A stretch of 60,650 bases of DNA, counting the filler, from Porpidia crustulata (lineage: Eukaryota): assembly GCA_964255105.1 (NCBI GenBank). It is 12 parts of 12 records of this genome, joined end to end, with 100 filler letters (N's around TTAATTAATTAA, not from the genome) between each part and the next. Parts side by side here need not be neighbours in the genome. Positions count along the whole stretch, not along the records: positions 50,657 to 55,604 come from CAXUWE010001953.1; positions 55,705 to 60,650 come from CAXUWE010001954.1; 10 more parts are not named here. One strand, written 5' to 3'. Positions within the stretch are counted from its first letter, which is position 1. Every line of letters begins with the position of its first letter. The notes under the pieces were generated by a model. The model ran no database searches and was not told the origin of the DNA. It was given only the letters and a program-made list of their open reading frames with translations. A program made the translations under genes and the position numbers. Below are positions 50,657-60,650 of this stretch, piece after piece.

Positions 50657-51394
50657 GAAGTGGAGCCATTTCGAACGGGGGATGTAGGGGAAGAGGAGGC
50701 GCTGTTGTCACCGCTGCCGTTGGAGCGGGAGAGGTCGAAGATGCGGAGCTTTTTCTCCATGCCACCAGTTGCAAGGATTTGAGGGCGAGACTGGGAGGGG
50801 AAGGCGACGGCGCGGACGATGTGGGCGTGTTGGAGGGTATGGAGACATTCGCCGGAGTGGGTATCCCAAACTTTGCTGTACGGTGGCTTTAGTAGGGTTA
50901 TGGGAGATCGTGGTGGAATGAGGGCTGACGTACGCCGAGAAGTCTGCTGATCCAGTCGCGGCCAAGGTTGCGTCGGAGGAGAGGCGGGCTTGCCAGACTG
51001 CGCCTTTGTGGCCAATGAAAGTGCCAATCCTGTTTATTGTAAGCTTTATGGAATGTCAATGGCCCATGGAATATGCTTACCAGTCGCCCGTGATGCCATC
51101 TCGAAGCATCGGGTTATTATCTACAGAATCTCAGTAAATTTTACCTGCGAGCTCAGATCCTACCATACCTTTGCACGCAGATATCAAATAATACTGGTCG
51201 TCATCCACAACAGAAGAGAAGCTCAAATGGGTGACGGGGCGAGAATGGCCATGACAGGTCAAAGGAACGGCTTTTGGGGTGCGTTCTAGTAAAATTAGTA
51301 ATCTAAATCTGCAGAAAAATTCAAAGTAAAGAGAAAGAGCCTGTCCCCTGCATTTGCAGAGTGACCATGAAAGGTAGAGCTCACCTGAAGCCAT
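50657..51394 (-). CDS. STRAP: WD40 protein STRAP/UNRIP orthologue, 4 introns, 3'-truncated
   Basis: [76 protein letters not shown]. Confidence 0.92.
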
Positions 51395-52349
51395 GACGAA
51401 TTAAGTGAGTATGTGATCGTTTGACAGAGAGGTGGTGGAGTGAAGTGGTACGAGGACCAAGCAATAGATCAAGATGACGTAGTATGTAGTATAGCTCTGT
51501 AAGACTGTATGGAAGAAGTTGTCGAATGTTACCAAGCAAGAGATTGGAATAGGTAGCTTCAGCGTTGATTTGAGGCCGTCTCAGGTCATTAAGTCGTAAG
51601 GTCGAACGTACAGGATGTTGATATCCTAAGGAGATAGATCTATGCAAAGGGCCGAACGAGCGTATGTTGAAGCCGTCCTCACCCCAGACTTGACAATGAC
51701 AAGACTCCCCCGGTGCTTTACAGGAGTTATTGTTCGTTGAAGGTGAGGAATGGCAGTCTAGCGAAGAGGACAGGGGTGATGGAGAATGCCGTGAATCGCA
51801 TCCAGTGACTTCAGACCACAAAGTTGGCGAGAACGATTTTTGTTCACCTCATTGATTCTCTCACTACTGCTATTGTCACTATCTACGCAACCGTGTATCA
51901 ATCTCTACTCTCATTCGAGCTTATGCTCCCTTGCTACATGGTCGAGTATACGCCAGCTCAAATGCATGAAACCAAGAGCTTAGAGCAAGTCTTACATCAT
52001 GTCCTTGCTAACAGTGGCATTGCACCTGGATGCCACCCTGCACGTTCTCCTTTACGTTTAAAACATCTGAATGACAATCTATGTATAACTTCTATAGCAG
52101 CAATGCTTCATGTCTCTTACTTGTTCGTTTGACGTCTATCTCCCTTTTTGGCACAATCATTCCTACGCTCGCCAACCCTGCGACCGAGCTTTTTCAGTTT
52201 TATTCTCTGGCTTCTAGCTAAGTTCCTGAATATAAGTTGTCAAACACAGCTACCTGAGTACGGGTAATCTCTTCTTGCTCCCTTTCAGAGTTCACCTTTC
52301 TGCTCTATCCTGCTATGCCCGTTGCCATAAGAAGTCGCTCCATCTCGTA

Positions 52350-53420
52350 ATTACCCAGGGCATGGTCGGCGGAAGGAAGTTTTCGAGTTGGAAAGGCAAT
52401 AGTGGCGGCCCTCATATACCGACTGCTCTTGCTCGTACCCAGTACTTCTCGAGGAAACGACATCAATTCTGAGAAACGAAATTTGCCTTCAATCACGGAT
52501 CCATTGCGAACCGAAATACACCCCCTTTTTGCAAGGGAGGGTTGGTTCCTCGTTCCACCATAAAGCAACCAAATATGGCAAATGCTAGATCCTACCGTGA
52601 CACTAGCATCTAGGATTCATATTCGAGGATGCCTTTTTTTTGCCATTCTTCTACATCTACTCTTTACAAGGAAGACCTTACTGGAGTTATTGCCACACAA
52701 TGGATTTTCTCTGGAGTCGTTCGGCGTGAGGACTCCAGTGAGCAAGGAACAATTGTAACAGACCAAATCTCCCTGGATTCCAAGAACAGGCCCGGGGAAG
52801 CCACTGCACTAGTCAACTGGGCGATGTTGATATCCGTCTATCCCGGAGACCTAGAAGAGTATTCAGGATCTCAATTCACCTGGACTATGTCCATACCCGC
52901 TGCGACCATGCCTGGAGCGTTTGACAAACTTCACCATTCGTAATCAATTGTGTCCGACTACAGATAGCCCATACTCTGGTTCATAGACTACGCTACTGCA
53001 TTCATAGTCTCGCGAATTTCAATTGTTGCAAACCCTACGTTATGGACCATCAGACCTCCGAACCGGGACGAGCTTGGGAATGCTCGATTTTAGAGCTGCG
53101 CTGGGACCCAAGGACGGCGGCGCTGACTACAGAGATAGACTCGGATTCTACGATCGGCCCGGAAATCTAGAAGGCCCGGATTCCGCCGATCACAGATGCT
53201 CAGCAACTTGGAGGGGAGCTTTGGTGAAGAGCATCATTAAGGGGAACGTGCCCGGACTTTACGTTTTCAATACTTCTTGCGAACAATTTTGGAAAGGGGA
53301 CTCTGCATCGCAGGGTGTAAAAGCTTTGCAGATACCGAAGGTCTATGGAAGGCAGTGAGCTATGCGTTCAAGAGATAGGCTGGAGGTCTAGGGGTCGAGC
53401 AAGTAGCCGTTGCTACAGAT
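52350..53420 (+). pseudogene. Probable decayed remnant of an uncharacterised fungal gene
   Basis: Protein-like segments in shifting frames with stops, e.g. DPLRTEIHPLFAREGWFLVPP*SNQIWQMLDPTVTLASR. No intact ORF. Confidence 0.35.
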
Positions 53421-53907
53421 TATATGATAATCTTTCTTTACCTCGAGTGGCGTGTAACACGATAACTGAAGCCTGGGCAATAAACGTGTTACTAGCATTC
53501 TTTGAATGTGTAGATAGGTATGCTTTCTATATTTTTATCTAAAATTGAATATATCCCAGCATGAGATCCCGAGAGCTCGTAGATATCTAGATGAATGGTT
53601 GATCCTTCAAATAATTAAAAAGCTGAGGCTTTGTAATGAAACGTTTAGGTACTTCATTATGGATGATTGAGCTTCGCTCATGAGACACCAATATCACCGC
53701 ATTAATCATCGAATTATTAATTCACGTCGATGTAGGCTGGATGCGTTTTGCATTTGAAGACGGATGTTTACGTACTACACTATGACTAAGTATTTAAAAA
53801 AGCCCAGAGACCGATGCCGCATCTTAATATACAGGACCTAGAAAGTTAGCATTGAGCTTCCCTCATTCTCCTTCATTGTCCCCATCGTTCCGACATCAAG
53901 CGCTAGA

Positions 53908-55604
53908 ATGGGAGACTATAAAATCTCCGCTTCCCTCGAGGCGCATGAAGACGATGTAAGCAAGTGCAGATGAACTGCATGAGCTTCATATTAATCAGGA
54001 TAGACTCTGACCTGGTCCTAGGTTCGTGGTGTCGTCTATCCTAATTCCAACCTCGTCCTCTCGGCGTCTAGAGACGCAACAGTCCGGCTATGGAAACTTC
54101 TCGCTACAAATCCTTCGAAATACGACTGTTCGATATCCTCTCATGGTTCCGCCTTCATCAACACGATCACATACCTCCAGCCGACAGAGACCTTTCCGGA
54201 AGGACTCATAATATCTGGTGGGAAGGACACTATAATAGAAGTCAGACAACTAGGCAAACCGCCTGACGAGAACGCGGAAGCTTTACTCCTCGGACATAGT
54301 CACAATGTGTGTGCACTGGATACGAGCGCTGAGGGCGGCTTTGTAGTCAGTGGCAGTTGGGATGGGTCCGCAAGAGTATGGGCAGTGGGGAAATGGGAAT
54401 GCGAGGCCGTACTTGAGGGACACGAGGGGAGTGTGTGGACGGTACTAGCCTACAACAAAGAGATCATCATTACAGGTAAAGCCATAGAAGCCGTGAGGAC
54501 ATTTGAACGCTAATCAAGGGCTAGGATGTGCCGATAAGCACATCAGGCTATTCAGCCCCTCGGGGAAGCTGCTACATACAGTCAAAGGAAGCACAGACGT
54601 CGTGAGAGCTTTATGTCGAATTCCTGAAAATCACCCTTCAAAAGCGGACTTTGCTTCGGCAGGTAACGACGGAGTCATCCGACTATGGCGTTTGGATGGA
54701 CGGCAGGTTGGCGAACTCCACGGTCATGAGAACTACATTTACTCTCTGGTAAGCCTACTCAGTGGCGAACTTGTTAGTTCGGGCGAAGATCGTACAGTTC
54801 GTATATGGAAAGGAAGCGAATGCATCCAAACTATTACACATCCTGCCATATCAGTTTGGGGGGTGGCAGCGTGCTCTGAGAATGGAGATATTGTCAGTGG
54901 TGCTAGCGATCGAAAGGTACGCGTATTCAGCCGAACGAAAGAGCGCCAGGGCGAACCGGATGTGATCCAAGCATTCGAAGATTCGGTAAAGGCATCATCA
55001 ATACCCCAGCAACAAGTGGGAGACGTTCAAAAAGACAAACTGCCAGGACCTGAATTCCTGACGCAAAAATCGGGAACCAAGGAGGGCCAAGTAGTGATGA
55101 TCCGAGAGGCGAACGGTTCCGTGGGTGCATATCAATGGTCTCAAGGAGCCCACGAGTGGTTGAACGTCGGCACCGTCGTGGACGCCGTAGGCAGTAGTGG
55201 CAAGAAGGTAGACTACGCGGGCAAGTCCTACGATTATGTCTTTGACGTCGATATCGAAGACGGCAAACCGCCTCTCAAACTCCCCTTCGACCTGTCCCAG
55301 AACCCCTACGAAGCTGCTACAAAGTTCATACAAGACAACGAGCTCCCAGCCACCTACCTCGACCAAGTCGCCAACTTCATCATCACTAATACCCAAGGTG
55401 CGACCCTGGGTCAAACGCCTCAGCCTCAAGGCGCTGGCTCGGACCCCTACGGTATGGAAAACCGCTACAGGCCAGGCGACGCCCCCTCCGCATCCTCCCC
55501 AGCGCCAACCACAACACCAGCCTCTCGCCCCAAAGTCCTCCCCCAAACCACCTACCTCAGCATCAAAACCGCTAACCTCCGCACCATCCTCAAGAAAATC
55601 CAAG
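53908..55604 (+). CDS. DOA1: Ubiquitin homeostasis protein Doa1/Ufd3 (PLAA): WD40 plus PFU domain, 2 introns, 3'-truncated
   Basis: MGDYKISASLEAHEDDVR, SASRDATVRLW, SGSWDGSARVW, SSGEDRTVRIW, and the PFU domain YDYVFDVDIEDGKPPLKLP...YLDQVANFI. Confidence 0.96.
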
Positions 55605-55886
55605 NNNNNNNNNNNNNNNNNNNNNNNNNNNNNNNNNNNNNNNNNNNNTTAATTAATTAANNNNNNNNNNNNNNNNNNNNNNNNNNNNNNNNNNNNNNNN
55701 NNNNGCTCATTATTCTCCGAAATATTATCCAACACCCTCCTCTTTTCTCTCACATGCTATCCAAGGTAATTATTGCTGCGACCTTCATATAGACGTCAAT
55801 GTTAGATCCCCTATCGGTCCTTGATATACCCATTTCTATCTCGCTGCCCGTGGAGTCGGGATCCGTCTCAAGAGAAAGCAGTCATC

Positions 55887-58648
55887 ATGCCTGGCATTCT
55901 TCCCATGAAAGTGATCAAAGTGGGTACAAGTGCACAAAGCAGGATCGCACAAGCCTGTGACAGGTGCCGCAGCAAGAAAATAAGATGTGATGGGATAACT
56001 CCCTGCTGTTCTCAGTGTGCCAACGTGGGCTTTGAGTGCAAGACCAGCGACAAACTGAGTCGCAGGGCCTTTCCAAGAGGGTACACGGAATCGCTGGAAG
56101 AGCGTGTACGAGCGTTGGAGACGGAGGTGAAAGAGCTCAAGGACTTGTTGGATGAGAAGGATGAGAAGATCGATATTCTTTCCAGGATCCACCCAAGATC
56201 CCCTTCGTCAAGACGGCCGTCAGCGGCAGGTTCGTCCCCAACAATCGCGGAACAGAGTCCAGCGGTGGCAGCGCAGGAGTACAAGGACGACACATTTCGG
56301 GTGCAACAATCGCCGTGTTTGCTTGATGGAGACCATTCAGACCCATTCTTTATGGGTGCATCAAGCGGCAGAGCATTCATAGGTGAATGACATGGCCGTG
56401 GGCTCGCCACAGTCTTTGCTGACGCCTCTAGATACATTCAAGGCAAAGATTCAGGAATGTGGTAAATCATGCAGTGATTTTAGGACCGATTTATTCTTTA
56501 CTGCGGGTTCTAGACCGCCGTCATCGGGATGCGTTTCGGGAACAAATGCTGCATCAAAAGCTCCTCCACGTCTGGTATCTGACCAAATGATCAACATCTT
56601 CTTCCAAGAATGGGCCCCTTTGTTTCCCGTACTGCACCGGCCTACCTACCTCAAGATCTACACAGACTACGTAGTTAACCCGGAAGGCCTACATGGCCAG
56701 CAAGCAATTGCGCAGCTCAACCTGGTTTTTGGAATTGCGGCATTATCCGCTGAGGTATGCCTTGACATTAATTGCAAAACGACTTCTGTTAATAGTCTGT
56801 CTCTAGTGGAATCATCAAACTGCGGCGGATTTCGAGAGCCAATGGCAAACTGCGGTTGACTCCATTGCCTCTGAGAACACTCTGGCCACTCTACAGTGTC
56901 TCGTGCTTGCGCAGATCTACTGTATTGCAAAGGCCGACTACAACAAGCTGCTGCACTACAAGGGAATCGCCGTTGGACTGTCGCACCGCCTCGGGCTTCA
57001 CCAGAGCCAGAAACGCTTTTCACTTGGCGCACTGACTAGCGAGACGCGAAAAAAAGTTTTCTGGACGTTATATACTCTTGACGGGTGAGTCTCTTTGTTC
57101 TACACTTTCACCTTGCTATGCTAATCTGTGATAGCTTCTCGGCTGCTCTACTCGGTCTCCCAAAGCTGCTGAACGAGGATGATATACATGCTGAATATCC
57201 CTCCGATATCGACGACGAGAACATTTCTGAGCGAGGATTCCAATCAACCTTGCCTGGAGAATCTACGCGGCTGTCCAGTGCTTTGGCTCTTTTCCGTGTG
57301 TCACGCATCCTGTCTAAAGTTCTGGATCAAAATTACCCAGCAGCTTCGACCCATGACTTGTCGCTTCATAGAATGACTGTTCTAAACGATGAACTTGATG
57401 CCTGGCTGGATAGCCTCGCGCCTCATCTCCGATTACATTTCGTCCAAGACAAGCCGAGCACTAATGTGGTTGGCAGCCGATCACCGCTATTGGTATTTTG
57501 GTTCTTCTGTTTTGTAGATCTATGCTAACATGTATTAGTCTCTCACATACCATTATGTTCGGACTCTGATTCACCGCCCGGCCGTAGGTTCTACCCTAGG
57601 GCCCAAAGCTTCCTCATCAGTGGTGGCGCTCGCAGCCTCAAGCAAACACATAATCCAGATCGTACAATTACTCGAGGAACGCCGAATGAGCTTCTCCTTT
57701 TGCCTCAACAAGAATGAGCTTTTACTTCTTTCCGGCTTCGGCCTTCTCTTTCAAGGGCTCGATTTAGACAGCAAGGGCAAGCTCATCCAAGATAGTCAGC
57801 GTCTTATGTGTTCCGTTATCGAGATACTAGAACGCAACAAAGCACCCGGGGCTGCAGAGTTCAAAAAGGTCGCCTGTGCAATGATCAGTGTTGAAGGCGG
57901 CCCCAAAATCAATCGAGAGTTTGCCGACACCACCCCGAGACGAAAATTTGATGGCGTCATGCCCGCACCGAAGGTCAGTTTGAGGGGAGCAAAGAAACAA
58001 ATTCAAGCTGTTGCGTCCCGCATTGCTGGCGGGAGCTCTCGACATGTGAAACAAGAAGACCCTCTCGGTCGTCGAGCAACCGCTCCAAGCCTCTCAACCA
58101 GCAACATCGGAATTTACTCCCGTAGCGACAGCCAAAACAGCATATCGTCGGCCATTTCCGAGCCGTCACCCCAGTACAGCCATGCGAAAACTTTGGGTAG
58201 CAATATGTCTCCCCACCAAAATCTTCCTTACAAAATTCCAAACCTTGATTATCTATCTTTTAACAACGATCCGTCTCCGAGCCCCAACTTTCCATCCATA
58301 ATGTCAGGGCTTCCGTACAAAGAGGCAGAGGCAGCGTACGGTGTTTTTCAGCCACCTCCAATTCCCTACGAAGGCTTGTTTCCTTCGCCAGAAATGCTTT
58401 CGGCGTACATTTCTCCGTCCCCTTCGGCTGCAACATACGATTGGGCGTCAGAAATCTGGGCTATGCCATCAGATCTTGGCGGTCATCCAGCTTCAGCGCG
58501 AAGCGTGTTGAGTTTCTCGGAAGAAGAGCTGACCAGCGGCGAGGAGCTCAGTAGCTGCGACACGGGAGGCGAATATCGAGGGATTGTGATGCCGAATGTC
58601 GACGAATTTAGCGGGCTCGAGGGTTTAGAAGGAAGCTTTAACTTGTGA
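55887..58648 (+). CDS. facB: Zn(II)2Cys6 acetate-utilisation regulator FacB (Cat8/Sip4-like), 4 introns
   Basis: [57 protein letters not shown], fungal TF middle homology region, and tail [18 protein letters not shown]. Confidence 0.95.
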
Positions 58649-59266
58649 GCTCAGACCTTTCATGTGGAGAGACTTTGTACTTGGCGATCTGCGATTCGAG
58701 CGGTGTAAGTTATATGTTTTCGTAAGGTGTACAGATGTCTTGGGATTCTGAGCGATTATGACTACAAATTGCGGTGCTGGGCATCGCAGCGAGAAAAGCA
58801 ATTGCTCCTTGGCGACGATCTGGAGTATTGTTATACAGGTTGTCTCATACTGTTTTCTGATTAAGTGATCTGGAGATGACAGTTTCTTTTTCATGTAGAT
58901 GTTCAATCTCGATCAAGGTTCACCCATCGCAAAATAGTCCCCACCACAATTTCACCATCGTCTCGTCATTGTACCTTGACGATGTCATTAATTAGCTCAC
59001 GATCATCGCCAGGCCAGCAAAGCACCGTGGTAGAAAGGGAAAGAGGAGAGGAAGGAACTGTGACAGTCGTACATTCCAACTCAAATCAAACAATGATATT
59101 CATAGAAAACACCAATCTCCATACTCTGATCAACTTCAGAAATTCTTATCGTGAGCCAATTGCAATCATATATCCATACGACGACTACTCTATATTTAAT
59201 TGATCTGATCCAATTGCTGTTGACTCATAGGGCCGCGCTTGGAGAGATCAGCGTCCTGCCGCCGCC

Positions 59267-60650
59267 ATGGATCCCCTCGATCCAAATACATCCTTCCTGG
59301 CTCAGTTCACCGAGCCTGATCCAGCATATTTTGCTGCCAACGTGCCCGTAGCATCTACTTCACAGCCACTGTTTGCTTCGCAGCACAGCAATTACATTGT
59401 CGACCAACTTGTTGCTCCCGCCGATTATCTTCAGAACCAAAGAGCGGGTTTAGCCCAGCGGATCAATTCCGTTCGACTTGACAATACCTTTGCCCCTCCA
59501 AGCGCCCAAGGATACCCACCCTACGTGCCTGCGGTCCAAGCCGGCCCTTCAAGTGATCCATCGTACCCGCAGAGTTTGATCCACCGGACCACCATGGACA
59601 AGAGACATCCCAGCTCGTTCCAGCAGCTGGAAAAGGTACGTCGCCCTTGCGGTTGCCAGTGGTTGTATGCTAAAACACCCACAGCTGGGCGAAGGTACTT
59701 ATGCCACCGTATGTCCTCTTCACTTCGGAATGTTCTCTTAGACTTTCTCTGAATTGGTGACTCTAGGTTTTCAAAGGTCGCAACCGCCAAACGGGCGAAC
59801 TCGTTGCGCTCAAGGAAATCCACCTCGACTCGGAAGAAGGCACACCATCCACCGCGATACGCGAAATCTCCCTGATGAAAGAGCTCAAACATGAAAACAT
59901 AGTTTCACTCCACGATGTCATCCATACCGAGAATAAGCTCATGCTTGTTTTCGAATACATGGACAAAGACCTCAAGAAATACATGGACTCCCGCGGCGGC
60001 GGCGGCCAGCTAGATTACATCACCATCAAATCCTTCATGCACCAGCTCCTGCAAGGCATCGCATTCTGCCACGAAAACCGCGTCCTGCACCGCGACCTCA
60101 AACCCCAGAACCTCCTGATCAACAACAAAGGCCAGCTCAAACTCGCCGACTTCGGCCTCGCCCGCGCCTTCGGCATCCCCGTCAACACCTTCTCCAATGA
60201 AGTCGTCACCCTCTGGTACCGCGCGCCCGACGTCCTCCTCGGCTCCCGCACCTACAACACCTCGATCGACATCTGGTCCGCCGGCTGCATCATGGCCGAA
60301 ATGTACACCGGCCGCCCCTTGTTCCCCGGCACCACGAACGAGGACCAGCTGCAGAAGATCTTCCGCCTCATGGGCACGCCCTCGGAGCGCTCCTGGCCCG
60401 GCATCAGCCAGTTCCCGGAGTACAAGCCCAACTTCCACATCTACGCCACCCAGGACCTCCGCATGATTTTGCCGCAGGTGGACCAGATGGGCCTCGACCT
60501 GCTCAGCCGCATGCTCCAGCTCCGGCCCGAGATGCGCGTCAGCGCCGTCGATGCGCTGGGGCATCTCTGGTTTCGCGATCTGAACCAGTTGAGGAGTCAG
60601 CAGCAGGGGGTGATGCAGGCGCAACAGCAGCAGCAGGGGATGGTTGGGGG
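59267..60650 (+). CDS. PHO85: Cyclin-dependent kinase Pho85/PhoA, 2 introns flanking a 24-nt microexon, 3'-truncated
   Basis: [14 protein letters not shown] (exon 59685-59708)[69 protein letters not shown]-rich tail. In-frame ATGs at 59267 and 59594. Confidence 0.97.

Noticed and set aside
4986..55704. Regularly spaced TTAATTAATTAA palindrome every 5 kb, and ORFs ending in XXXLIN
   Set aside because: Artificial concatenation linker. It is not a repeat array or CRISPR, and no gene cluster can be inferred across it.

Overview
This window is not one locus. It is 12 unrelated contigs of about 5 kb (4985 down to 4946 nt, sorted by length) joined by an artificial N44-TTAATTAATTAA-N44 spacer, so adjacency across spacers has no biological meaning. 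The DNA is from a filamentous ascomycete (Pezizomycotina): short GT-AG introns with CTRAY branch points and Aspergillus-like orthologues. A lichen-forming fungus is plausible but is only an inference. Most content is housekeeping genes: ADE16/17, GWT1, calcineurin A, MMC1-like, neutral ceramidase, SEC24/SFB3, an alkaline phosphatase 5' end, a SUR7/PalI 5' end, TIM21, GLO3, GDA1, MAS2, a TOM22 5' end, a RecQ helicase, a CYP7/8-like P450, a 5'-nucleotidase, STRAP, DOA1, FacB and PHO85/phoA. Accessory content includes a HeLo-like/ankyrin/Cys-rich orphan gene with a TA-flanked MITE upstream, a second degenerate MITE and a triple-frameshifted ferroportin. The most unusual signals are a recurrent C-rich to G-rich strand-composition switch at which most contigs break, and an intergenic tRNA-like element with a perfect B box placed before a perfect A box. 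I cannot support a complete novel multi-gene system. All gene names come from recognising motifs by eye, not from database searches.
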